DNA of 64,000 nt from Verrucomicrobiota bacterium (GTDB lineage Bacteria > Verrucomicrobiota > Verrucomicrobiia > Limisphaerales > CANJSG01), in the NCBI GenBank assembly GCA_043775315.1, contig JAYVSO010000125.1, forward strand, positions 78,670 through 142,669. The letters are read 5' to 3'. Position 1 is the first letter of the stretch. The number at the start of each line of letters is the position of its first letter. Below the pieces are notes generated by a model. It did no database searches. It was not told the origin of the DNA and saw only the letters and a program-made list of their open reading frames with translations. Shown here one piece after another: positions 30,981-39,859 of this stretch. Position numbers and translations under genes: made by a program.

Positions 30981-32051
30981 CTATTGAGCGGGCTTTAACG
31001 GCTGAGGAGAGAGCTGCGTCAGTCTGGAGCTAAGTTCACCTCGCAGCTGCGAAACTCGGGCGACCAGATCATCAATGGTCCAGCTGCCGATAGGGGTGCC
31101 CGATAGTTCCTGCGGTGAGAGAGGGGTGATCCTCTGAAATGCCAAGGCTTTCCGGCTGCCCTTGAAATCACCACGGTGCTGGAACGCCTCGATGGCATCG
31201 GAAGGATCAAGGTGCTCGAAGTTGAGGCGTAGCAGTTCCTGGCGGGGGAACGCGACCGAGAGAACAGCCTGTTCTTCAGTGTTTCCAGTAGCCAAATCCA
31301 GCGCCTCCACCGACGCAGTGATCAGCACGACTTTCAGGGGTAACAGCGCAAATACTTCCCTAGCCACTCGCAGGAGGCACCCGCAAACGTGATCTTGGTA
31401 GATTTCGTGGAAACCCGCTCGCGGCATCGCCTTGATGGAGAGTTTCCCGCCAGCCGAGAGGGATTTGACCTCAGACGGGATGACATGGGTGCCATTCACC
31501 CGCAGTCGACACTCGACGAGTTGTGATGAGTGAACCGTGAAGTGCGCCGATGATCCGAGGCTCGATATTTCGGACAAAGGACTGAGTTCAGCCAACGCTT
31601 CGGCATAGGCCGCGTGGTCTCCGGAAAGGATTCGCACTGCCAAGCGGCGCATCTCCTCCATCTCGGAGACGGCTACAACATGAGCCTTTAGGGCTTCCTG
31701 AAAGCTGCTTTCGTCCAATCGAATTGCGGCTTCGCACGAAACTTCCGATTTTGGGTTCAGCGCCTGAAGCAGGGCGGCTTTCTCGTGCAGCCGTAAGTTG
31801 GATGGGGCAGGCGGCGGAAGGGCAGCGGCAAACTTCCTCCAATTCACTTCCTGCCCCTGCTCCTTGTGGACCGACAGGAGCACCTCCAACAGGTTTTCAT
31901 GGGTTTCAACTTCAAGGCGTGCTTGTTCGATCACGGAGAGCCTGACCTGCTCCTTTGTCCGTCGCTCCAACTCCTTCATCCGTCTCTGCGCCTCACGTTG
32001 CTGCCGTTTCTCGGCGGCTTCTATTGCTCGGAGTGTAGCTTTCCATCCCAT
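30981..32051 (-). CDS. Hypothetical protein with N-terminal coiled coil (partner of DUF4041 protein)
   Basis: Starts 10 nt upstream of the DUF4041 gene on the same strand. EAAEKRQQREAQRRMKELERRTKEQ coiled coil. No recognised catalytic motif. Low GC. Confidence 0.45.
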   Translation of the reverse strand: MGWKATLRAIEAAEKRQQREAQRRMKELERRTKEQVRLSVIEQARLEVETHENLLEVLLSVHKEQGQEVNWRKFAAALPPPAPSNLRLHEKAALLQALNPKSEVSCEAAIRLDESSFQEALKAHVVAVSEMEEMRRLAVRILSGDHAAYAEALAELSPLSEISSLGSSAHFTVHSSQLVECRLRVNGTHVIPSEVKSLSAGGKLSIKAMPRAGFHEIYQDHVCGCLLRVAREVFALLPLKVVLITASVEALDLATGNTEEQAVLSVAFPRQELLRLNFEHLDPSDAIEAFQHRGDFKGSRKALAFQRITPLSPQELSGTPIGSWTIDDLVARVSQLRGELSSRLTQLSPQPLKPAQ

Positions 32052-32156
32052 TGGCGTGCCGAAAACTGGCTTGGGCTTTTGGGAGGAGCAACGCGAAAAC
32101 TTTGCTCTTTCGACGAGGCGATTGCTTGCCGATCAGACGCAGCTCAAGGGAAGAGT

Positions 32157-32240
32157 TGGTGCGGACGAGAGGACTTGAACCTCCACTCCTTACGGAACCA
32201 GATCCTAAGTCTGGCGCGTCTGCCATTTCGCCACGTCCGC
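32157..32240 (-). tRNA. tRNA-Leu (anticodon UAG), CCA encoded
   Basis: Reverse complement gives GCGGACGTGGCGAAATGGCAGACGCGCCAGACTTAGGATCTGGTTCCGTAAGGAGTGGAGGTTCAAGTCCTCTCGTCCGCACCA. It has a 7-bp acceptor stem, anticodon loop CTTAGGA, a long variable arm (class II) and T-loop GGTTCAAGTCC. Confidence 0.8.
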
Positions 32241-32523
32241 ACCCGGCTTGGGATTGATACAAGGACAAGTTCGGCAGAACACGCAGAAAATTGTCAGGCG
32301 ACGGACCACCTTCGATCCTGGTCAAAACGATTCCGCCGGTAGGGCGAAGGCTCCCGCCGAGCCGCCGCTGCGCTTTCTGAAAACAAATGGGCAGCGGCGG
32401 CACCGCCTGACGGTTGATGTAGACGTCCGGCTTCCCACGAGCAGCCGACTTGTCACGAGATGGTCACACGGCGGCTAGCCGGGAGGCTTCGCTCTACCGC
32501 TGCGCTCTTCAGCGACCACGGAG

Positions 32524-34332
32524 CTATTCCAGCGCGATCTGACCTCGCGTGACGCGGGCGTAGTAGCCGTCGCGTTGGCTGAGTTCGTCGTGGTTGCCGC
32601 ATTCGGCGAGACGTCCGTCGTTCAGGACAAGGATCTTGTCGACCCGACGGATGGTGCTGAGGCGATGGGCCACCATGAGCACGGTCCTACCTTTCATGAG
32701 TTCGTGGAAGCTGCGCACCACCAGTTCCTCGCTCTCGGCGTCTAGGGCGCTGGTGGGTTCGTCGAGAAGAAGGATCGGGGCGTCCTTGAGGAAGGCACGC
32801 GCAAGGTTGAGCCGCTGGCGTTCTCCGACGGAGAGACGGGCGGCTCCATCGCCGACCTGGGTGTCGTAGCCCTGCGGCAGGCGGCGGATGAAGACGTCGG
32901 CATTGGCGGATCGTGCGGCGCTTTCAATCTCCTCGCGCGACGCCTTGGGCCGGCCATAGGCGATGTTCTCCGCGATGGTCGTCGGGAGTAGGATCGGTTC
33001 CTGCAGGACGACGGCGATCTGCGAACGGAGATCCCGCAGCTTCAATTGACGAAGATCCGCGCCATCCAGCCGCACTGTGCCTGATACCGGATCGTAGAAG
33101 CGCGGCAGCAGGTTCATCAGCGTGGTCTTGCCGACGCCGCTGGGGCCGATGACGGCGGCGGATTCACCGGCTTTCAGCTCGAAGGTCAACCCCTTCAGAA
33201 TCTCGCGTTCGGGCGTGTATCCGAAATGGACGTCATTGAACTCAATCGCACCCGAGACGGACAGTGCCGTTCCGGTAGCGGAGGCCGGCGCCGCTGAAGT
33301 TGCACGCACGACGGCGCGCGCGTCCGGCGCGTCCTTCACATCTTCCGGGGCATCGAGAAGCTCAAGCACACGCCCGGCTGCAGCCGAGGCGCTGGATACG
33401 GTCGCACCCACATGCGAGAGTTGATTGAGCGGATCGTAGAGCTGGCCGAGGTAGCTCAGGAAGATGAAGAGGTCGCCCTTGGTCAGCTTGCCGGCCAGCA
33501 CCTCGAGGCCACCGACCCAGATGATGAGCGCCGCGCCCAGGCCGAAGATGCCGCCGATCACCAGCCAGTAGATCAACTCCCACGCGTGCTGTTTGAGACG
33601 CTTTTGCTGGGCGTCTTCCGTCTGTGCGGAAAACTGGCCCACCTCGTAGTCTTCCCGGGTGTAGCTCTGGATCAGCGGCAAGGCCGTGACCGTCTGCTGG
33701 ACATGCGTCGTCACCGCGCTGTCGGCCTGCTGCGCCGCCAGGCCGCGCTCGGTCATCTTGCGGCCGAAGAAGCGGATGGCCACAACCAGCAAAGGCACAA
33801 TGGCAAGGGCCACGAGGGTCAGCCGCCAGTTCAAGGCGAGCATGAAGGCGGTCATGCCCACCAGCGTCAGCCCGGCCTTGAGCATCGTGAGCGCGCCCTG
33901 CTGGAAGAGCGTCTGCACCGAATAGGTGTCCCACGAGGCGCGGTAGATCAGGTCGCCGGACTTTGTTCCGTGATGGAACTTCATCGAGAGCCGCTGGAGG
34001 CAGGCGAAGACGGCGTTGCGCGCGCGCATGAGCCCGCGCAGGCCGATGCCTATGGCGGCGTAGTTCTGGGCCGCGTCGATGGACCCGTGCAGCACATAGA
34101 GGCAGAAGGCCGCGACCGCCAGCGCGAAGACCGACGCATCGGGCGTCCACCCCGACGCGGCGTCCAGCCAGGCCGGGAGCGGCTTGGAATCGAGGACGGA
34201 ATCGATCAGCAGCGCGACAGGCCAGGGCTTGAGGAGGTTCGCGCCGATGCCGGCGAGGAGCAGCAGGAATACGCCCGCCAGACGCGGGCTTTCCGGTTTG
34301 TAGAACTGTGAGATCCGACGCCAAAGCGACAT
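32524..34332 (-). CDS. ABC transporter, fused permease/ATP-binding protein (MsbA-like exporter)
   Basis: Six N-terminal TM helices. Walker A GPSGVGKTT, signature LSVGERQRLNLARA and Walker B LLLDEPTSALD. Start set to ATG 34330-34332 (MSLWRRISQFY). Confidence 0.85.
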   Translation of the reverse strand: MSLWRRISQFYKPESPRLAGVFLLLLAGIGANLLKPWPVALLIDSVLDSKPLPAWLDAASGWTPDASVFALAVAAFCLYVLHGSIDAAQNYAAIGIGLRGLMRARNAVFACLQRLSMKFHHGTKSGDLIYRASWDTYSVQTLFQQGALTMLKAGLTLVGMTAFMLALNWRLTLVALAIVPLLVVAIRFFGRKMTERGLAAQQADSAVTTHVQQTVTALPLIQSYTREDYEVGQFSAQTEDAQQKRLKQHAWELIYWLVIGGIFGLGAALIIWVGGLEVLAGKLTKGDLFIFLSYLGQLYDPLNQLSHVGATVSSASAAAGRVLELLDAPEDVKDAPDARAVVRATSAAPASATGTALSVSGAIEFNDVHFGYTPEREILKGLTFELKAGESAAVIGPSGVGKTTLMNLLPRFYDPVSGTVRLDGADLRQLKLRDLRSQIAVVLQEPILLPTTIAENIAYGRPKASREEIESAARSANADVFIRRLPQGYDTQVGDGAARLSVGERQRLNLARAFLKDAPILLLDEPTSALDAESEELVVRSFHELMKGRTVLMVAHRLSTIRRVDKILVLNDGRLAECGNHDELSQRDGYYARVTRGQIALE

Positions 34333-34385
34333 CTCACCGAGACTAGGGAACGAAGCGGGCGAGGGGAACTGGGAATCTGGTGGGT

Positions 34386-34434
34386 CCAGCCGCGCTGCGG
34401 CTGGACGCCGAGTCGCAGCGCGACTCGGCCCACC
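34386..34434. repeat. Compound palindromic element (two adjacent hairpins) - intergenic copy
   Basis: CAGCCGC-GCT-GCGGCTG followed by GAGTCGC-AGC-GCGACTC. ~42 nt nearly identical to 51102..51150 inside the giant ORF. Confidence 0.6.
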
Positions 34435-34456
34435 TTTGCTGGGGGCGCTGCTTCGC

Positions 34457-35545
34457 CTATTTGGCCGGCCAAGCGCCATCCACCATTGGAACTGTCACGA
34501 CCTTTGCCGGATCAACCACCGCATTTTTCACGCGCTGGCGTTTCCATGTGTATGTGATCTGGACGAGTCCGTCGGCCGATTGGATGACGGCGGGGTAGCT
34601 GAACTCCATGTTCGGCTCGTTCTCCAGGACCAGCGCCGCATCCCAAGTTTTGCCGTCGCGACTCACGGCGACATTGAGCGGCGACCGTTTTCCACCCCAT
34701 TGCCCCGGCAGGCCCGGGACGTGGTTGTAGACAATCAGGTGGCGTCCATCCTTGAGCGTGAGCGCGTCGGTGCCGGAATTAGGATTCGGCAACATTCCGA
34801 GCGTCATCGCTCCCCAGGTCTTGCCGCCGTCGGTGGAACTGATGTCGAAGATGCGGTTCTGCCGGGAACGGCCGATGGCCTGAAGGCGCCCATCCGGGTG
34901 AAACAAAATGCTCGGCTGGATCGCGCCGATGGTCCGGCCGTCGTTGACGAATGGCGTCGCCATCCAGGTCTTTCCATTGTCGGAGCTGCGCTCGAAGTAG
35001 ACGCGCCAGGTGTCGGTCTTCGGATCCTCGTTGCTCGTGGGCGAGAGGATCGTGCCGTCGGCGAGCTGGACGGGCTTGTTCTTGATCGGCCCAAGGATTC
35101 CATCGGGCAGACGGCGGCGATTCCTCCAAGAGACACCGCTGTCGTCGGACTCGATGACTTCGCCCCACCACGTCTGCGGACTCAGCCCCACCTTGAAGAA
35201 CAAGAGCAGCGGTCCCTGCTTCGGCTGGAAGAGGACGGGGTTCCACGTCGGAACGCGTTTGGTCGGCGACTGCACACCGTTGGCCACCTCGATTGGCGAC
35301 GTCCATTTGCCGCCGACATTCCGCGAGACCCAGATTCCGACATCGGGATTCTTCTCCCGCGTTCCGCCAAACCACGCCGAGACCAGGCCGGCTTTCGTTT
35401 CCACAATCGTCGACGCATGGCACTCCGGAAACGGCGCGGTCTCGTAGATGAACCCGGATTTCACGAAGCCCGGTTGGGACGCCAGGTCGGCGGCCATCAA
35501 TGAAATCGAGCTCAATGCCAGCAGAGAGATGACGTGAAGTTTCAT
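34457..35545 (-). CDS. BNR/Asp-box repeat glycoside hydrolase (sialidase-like)
   Basis: Signal peptide. Four Asp-box motifs (SDDSGVSW, SSDNGKTW, STDGGKTW, SRDGKTW). Confidence 0.65.
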   Translation of the reverse strand: MKLHVISLLALSSISLMAADLASQPGFVKSGFIYETAPFPECHASTIVETKAGLVSAWFGGTREKNPDVGIWVSRNVGGKWTSPIEVANGVQSPTKRVPTWNPVLFQPKQGPLLLFFKVGLSPQTWWGEVIESDDSGVSWRNRRRLPDGILGPIKNKPVQLADGTILSPTSNEDPKTDTWRVYFERSSDNGKTWMATPFVNDGRTIGAIQPSILFHPDGRLQAIGRSRQNRIFDISSTDGGKTWGAMTLGMLPNPNSGTDALTLKDGRHLIVYNHVPGLPGQWGGKRSPLNVAVSRDGKTWDAALVLENEPNMEFSYPAVIQSADGLVQITYTWKRQRVKNAVVDPAKVVTVPMVDGAWPAK

Positions 35546-35664
35546 GGGGAACGAGCCGACGTTAGCAGAAACCGCCGGCGAGGAAAGATCTCAGAACAAT
35601 CCACGGAAGTGGGTTGACCGGTAACCCTGTCATCGACCCATAACGCCCGAGAACGCCGATCGTT

Positions 35665-35982
35665 TCAACTCACGGAAAGCAGCGAAACTTTCTCGCCCTG
35701 GGGATTGCGGGCCGTCCCGTTGGCGCGCGGATCCAAGACCGGCTTGCCGTCGATCATGAACGCATACTGATGGTGGCCGAGGCTCACGGTCAGTTGGCCC
35801 TGCCACGATCCGTCGACATGTTTTTTCATCGGATTGGCCGCGGGGTCCCATCCGTTGAAATCGCCGACGATGGAAACGGACTTCGCGGCGGGTGAGATGC
35901 AGAGGAAATTGACCGGCTTGGTGACGTTCTTGGCCGAATACTTTTTCAGCCCGTTTTGTTGGTAAGCTCTAAGATACGACAT
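35665..35982 (-). CDS. Small CBM48 / E-set (AMPK-beta/isoamylase N-terminal-like) glycogen-binding domain protein
   Basis: VSIVGDFNGWDP...W...L..GHHQYAFMIDG...LDP pattern in a 105-aa stand-alone ORF. Confidence 0.55.
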   Translation of the reverse strand: MSYLRAYQQNGLKKYSAKNVTKPVNFLCISPAAKSVSIVGDFNGWDPAANPMKKHVDGSWQGQLTVSLGHHQYAFMIDGKPVLDPRANGTARNPQGEKVSLLSVS

Positions 35983-36093
35983 GGCTTAGCGGCAATTTAA
36001 CCGGTTTCGCGTTTTGGCAACCGGGTGAGTGGGATTTTTAGTGGCGCGAAAAAAAAACCAAAGTCGCCCCGCACCTCGCAAGTCCCAAACCTG

Positions 36094-36849
36094 TCACCGG
36101 CCCGAAAGTCGACGCCACCATGCCTTCAGGCTGCGCGACTGATACCGCGCCGTGAATCGCAGCAGTGCGAAACGGCCCGACTCCGAGGAGTTGAAGCCCG
36201 ACGCCGTCGTCACCGCCGTTTTGAACCCCGCCTCGACCACGATATCGCGGACCGATTCGTTCCAATCGCCGAACGGATAGCAGAAGTGGACGACCGGCCG
36301 CTGGAACAGGTCCTCCAGCTTGCGCCGGCTGGAGATGATCTCCTCGCGAGCCTGCTGGAGCGGAATGCGCGTCAGGAACGGATGCGTGCAGGTATGCGCG
36401 CCGATGTTGTGCCCCGCAGCGAGCCAACGGCCGATCTCCTCGCGGTTCATCAACGGCTCCGGCGCTTCGCCCTGAGCGATGTCCCACTCGTTCCGTTTGC
36501 CGATGAGGTCGGGAATGATGAACTGGATGGCGGTCAGCTTGGCTTCGCGCATCGGTTCGAGCGCGTGTTCCAGGACGTTGCGATAACCGTCGTCGAAGGT
36601 GAGGACGATCTTCGGTGGCTGAGATTGCGGCGCGGAAAGGACAGCGTCGGGTGAAGCGGAGGTGAAACCGGCCGCGCCGAGTTCCTTCATCTGCCGAAGG
36701 AACAGGCGCGGCTCGACATACATTCCCTTCAGCCGGACGCGCGACGGGCGCGGGCCGACCTTGTGATACATCAGGATCGGGATCTGCCGCGCGAAGGCCT
36801 CCCGGAACGGGCCGAGCGACGAATACACGGCTGGCAGGCGCGTGGTCAT
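36094..36849 (-). CDS. Polysaccharide deacetylase (CE4 family)
   Basis: LTFDDGY (Asp-Asp metal motif), HTCTHP, and a NodB-like fold. Confidence 0.8.
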   Translation of the reverse strand: MTTRLPAVYSSLGPFREAFARQIPILMYHKVGPRPSRVRLKGMYVEPRLFLRQMKELGAAGFTSASPDAVLSAPQSQPPKIVLTFDDGYRNVLEHALEPMREAKLTAIQFIIPDLIGKRNEWDIAQGEAPEPLMNREEIGRWLAAGHNIGAHTCTHPFLTRIPLQQAREEIISSRRKLEDLFQRPVVHFCYPFGDWNESVRDIVVEAGFKTAVTTASGFNSSESGRFALLRFTARYQSRSLKAWWRRLSGR

Positions 36850-36857
36850 TTCCCGCC

Positions 36858-37037
36858 AAGCTGCGGAGCAGCGAAAGAAAGTAGCCCACGGCGTGAGCTG
36901 TGGGTTTGGCGTCCGAAGAGAATCAAGCCCTGGAAGGGCGACAGAAGCGCGTCTGCCGCTCCTCCGGAGCTCCTGCGTTCGGCGCGGCGAACCCCGGGCT
37001 CACGCCCGGGGCTGCTGTCTTCCGCTGCTCCGCAGCT
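36858..37037. mobile_element. REPIN-like element copy 1 (inverted REP doublet)
   Basis: Terminal inverted repeats GCTGCGGAGCAGCGAAAGAAAGTAGCCCACGGCGTGAGCTGTGGGT ... GGGCTGCTGTCTTCCGCTGCTCCGCAGC, plus an internal CGGAGGAGCGG / CCGCTCCTCCG hairpin. Confidence 0.7.
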
Positions 37038-37071
37038 CAACTGAAAGCCCGACATGGTGATTCGGTTCCCT

Positions 37072-38067
37072 TCACTTCACCCACGTCACGCCGTTCTGCC
37101 GGTAGATGGTCTCCACGACCTGAAGCGCTCTTTTGGCTTCGAGCAGGCCGGGAACGGGCGTCCGTTTTTCGGCGATGTCGCGGAAGAATTCGTCCATCTC
37201 GATCTTCCACGACGCGTCGCCACGCGGGAATTCGTAGATCACCGTATCGGGCGGGCCCATCTCCGGGAGCATCTTGTAGTGGTGGAGCCGTTCCACGCCG
37301 TAACTGCCGCCGAGGCCTTCCCAATGGAGCTTGCCGTGGCGGCCGTAGAGTTCGAGGGAGAAGCCGTTCTTCCATTCGCTGCAGCTCGCGTGCAGCCACG
37401 CCGTCTGGCCGGTGGCGGTGCGGAGGCTGAGGAAGGCGTTGTCGTCGACGGGCATGTCCCAGAAGAACGTGGCCACATGGCCTGAGACTTCGGTGAACTC
37501 GCCGAGAAGCATCCCGGACAAGTCGATGAGATGGACGCCCTGGTCGATGAGTTCGCCACCACCGGCCAGCTTGGGATCGGCCCGCCATTCGCGGTCGTAG
37601 CCGACACGGCCGCCCTGGCCGTAGCGCGCACGGAGGAACATGAGCGGGCCGAGTTCGCCGCTGCGGACGATCTCCACGAGCTTGAGGCACGCGGGATGGT
37701 AGCGGTGGTTGTAGCCCACGCGGACGAGTGCGCCGGTGGCCTTCGCGGCCAACTCGATCTCGTCGAGTTCACAGACGCGGATGGCGGCCGGCTTTTCCAC
37801 GAGGACGTGTTTACCGGCGCGCACGGCGGCCAAGGCCAGCGGCGCCAGCGATGAATTGATCGTGGCAATCATGACCGCGTCGACGTCGGCGGAGGCGACG
37901 GCTTCGTCGATGGAGGCGACGGCGCGGCAACCGGGCGATTGCGCGGCGAGCTTCTGCGCTCGGGCGAGGTCGAGGTCACACGCGACGGTGACGGAGCCTT
38001 TCGGCAACTGGTTCAGCCGTTTCTGGCCGACAAGGCCGCAACCGACGATGGCGATGCGCGTATTCAC
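37072..38067 (-). CDS. Gfo/Idh/MocA family NAD(P)-dependent oxidoreductase
   Basis: N-terminal Rossmann IAIVGCGLVGQKR, EKP motif (VEKP) and a C-terminal GFO_IDH_MocA_C-like region. Confidence 0.85.
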   Translation of the reverse strand: MNTRIAIVGCGLVGQKRLNQLPKGSVTVACDLDLARAQKLAAQSPGCRAVASIDEAVASADVDAVMIATINSSLAPLALAAVRAGKHVLVEKPAAIRVCELDEIELAAKATGALVRVGYNHRYHPACLKLVEIVRSGELGPLMFLRARYGQGGRVGYDREWRADPKLAGGGELIDQGVHLIDLSGMLLGEFTEVSGHVATFFWDMPVDDNAFLSLRTATGQTAWLHASCSEWKNGFSLELYGRHGKLHWEGLGGSYGVERLHHYKMLPEMGPPDTVIYEFPRGDASWKIEMDEFFRDIAEKRTPVPGLLEAKRALQVVETIYRQNGVTWVK

Positions 38068-38110
38068 GGGATAATGAGGCTAGCCCAAGGAAGCATTGTC
38101 GAAGTCGTTT

Positions 38111-38526
38111 TCATGACTCGCCATTAGAGCTTCTGACCTCTTTGTATTTTTTGTTCCACCACCTCACTGCTTCGGCGTGTTGTCCGGAGGGGAGCCATGT
38201 CGTGTTTTCCTGAGAGCTTGGGTCTCCCCCAAAGACCATAGGCTGGATGAACCATCTGATTCTTCCTTTAATCCGTTCGTCTGTGACCAGTGCCAGGGTA
38301 GTTGGAAGTGCGTCGCTTTTCTGAAGGTATGACGCATCCAACGGAACAGTAGGAACCTTGAAGAGATTTCCGGCCGAATCTTGAACGAGAAACTCCGACC
38401 AGTTGCTCAGTCCGATGAAATGAAATTGGGGTAGGGCCTCGTCGATTCCATAGAGCAAGCCGAGATGGAAAGCTTCATCAGGAGTTTCAGCCAGGATCAA
38501 ATAGTCCTCGTTAAACCAGCCTTCTC
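38111..38526 (-). CDS. Possible small ORF (non-ATG start), low GC, function unknown
   Basis: C-terminal 138 codons of the track ORF 38111..39064 lie in a low-GC stretch that does not overlap the SDR gene (the N-terminal part overlaps it in another frame). Sequence ...GWFNEDYLILAETPDEAFHLGLLYGIDEALPQFHFIGLSNWSEF... No ATG, so the start is uncertain. Confidence 0.3.
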
Positions 38527-39402
38527 TCACGACCACTTCCTCCCGCGATCCTCGGGCACGATGCGACGGAGGCAGTAGATGTCGGACTTGGCCAACTCGT
38601 CGCGGCGGGCGGCGAGATCCTTCCACGGGTCCCACTGGGCACTGAGGAGACGGCCGGTGATGCCGTTGCTCTCGGCTGAGGCCAGCCAGACACAGAGGCC
38701 CGCGCCCAGCTCGGGCGGGGTCGCGCCTTCCTCGGACCACTTCTTGTTCTTGGCGAAGAAATCGGCTCCGACCTTCTCGGGTCCGGCTTCGATGATCTGC
38801 TGCACTAAACGGGTGTTCAGCGCGCCGGGGGCAACGGCGTTCACGTCGATGCGGTCGGCGGCGAGTTCGAGGGCGAGCGTTTCCGTGAGGCGCACGACGG
38901 CGGCCTTGGACGCGGCGTAGGAGCTGATGCGCGGGAGCGGATTCGTCGCGCCGCCGCCGGAGATGTTGACGATTTTGCCGCCGCCGCGCGCACGCAGACG
39001 GGGAATGGCCTGACGGCAGGTGTGCATGACGCCGAAGAGATTGATCTCGATGGCCTGCTGCCATTCATCCCACGGCACGTCTTCGGTGGGCCCGAGAGGA
39101 CCGTAGATGCCGGCGTTGTTCACCAACACGTCGAGCGGTCCGAGTTGCTGGTCTGCCAAGGCGAAAAGCGCGGCGACATCGGCAGGTTTGGAAACGTCGG
39201 CGGTGGTGCCGAGAACCTTGGCATTGCCGACGACGAGCGGCTTGTAGGTTTCCAACGCGGCCTGCACATCGGCGGCGGAACGCGCACAGAAGAGCACGCT
39301 CGCGCCTTCGCGCAGGAAGGCCTCGCCGATGGCGCGGCCCAGCCCTTGGCTGCCGCCGGTGACGATCGTGTTTTTGCCGGAGAGTTTCATCGTTTGCGTC
39401 AT
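38527..39402 (-). CDS. Short-chain dehydrogenase/reductase (SDR)
   Basis: TGGSQGLGRAIG (TGxxxGxG), NNAG and YAASKAAV (YxxxK). Confidence 0.85.
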   Translation of the reverse strand: MTQTMKLSGKNTIVTGGSQGLGRAIGEAFLREGASVLFCARSAADVQAALETYKPLVVGNAKVLGTTADVSKPADVAALFALADQQLGPLDVLVNNAGIYGPLGPTEDVPWDEWQQAIEINLFGVMHTCRQAIPRLRARGGGKIVNISGGGATNPLPRISSYAASKAAVVRLTETLALELAADRIDVNAVAPGALNTRLVQQIIEAGPEKVGADFFAKNKKWSEEGATPPELGAGLCVWLASAESNGITGRLLSAQWDPWKDLAARRDELAKSDIYCLRRIVPEDRGRKWS

Positions 39403-39650
39403 CGAAATTGGAGCGACAGGCCGCGAGTCCACGAGCAATTCAATGTCGCGAAGCGACCCAGGAAAGCAGCCAGCCACGAAGTGGCTGGAAGGGCGTTCCA
39501 AGTGAGCGCCAAGTCCTGAAGGGACGATGGAACCGCATGCGCCAGCAAGAGGCTCCGACGTCTCTCCGGGACTTGCGCCTCTGGGTGGCGGGTGGTCCAG
39601 CCACTCTGTGGCTGGCTAATATCCGAAGGCCCTTCGGGCCAAACTCCCAG

Positions 39651-39827
39651 CACCGGAGGTGCGACAGACAGTAGCCCACAGCGTAAGCTGTGGGTCTGGT
39701 ATCCAGGAGGGATCAAGCTCCGGAGGAGCGGTAGAAAGTCTTCTGCCGCTCCTCCGGAGCTGACTTCCACCGATCGGTTAACCCCGGGCTCACGCCCAGG
39801 GCTACTGTCTTCCGCTGCTCCGCAGCT
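39651..39827. mobile_element. REPIN-like element copy 2
   Basis: GACAGACAGTAGCCCACAGCGTAAGCTGTGGGT ... GGGCTACTGTCTTCCGCTGCTCCGCAGC. Perfect internal hairpin CCGGAGGAGCGGTAGAA/TTCTGCCGCTCCTCCGG. Confidence 0.7.
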
Positions 39828-39859
39828 TTCAGGGAGACCTCTTTTGGCGACGCAGATCA

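Noticed and set aside
29249-32240. Prophage or integrative element at tRNA-Leu
   Set aside because: There are only two cargo genes, with no integrase, excisionase or phage structural genes. It is reported as a small islet rather than a prophage. The direct repeat of the tRNA end could not be verified by eye.
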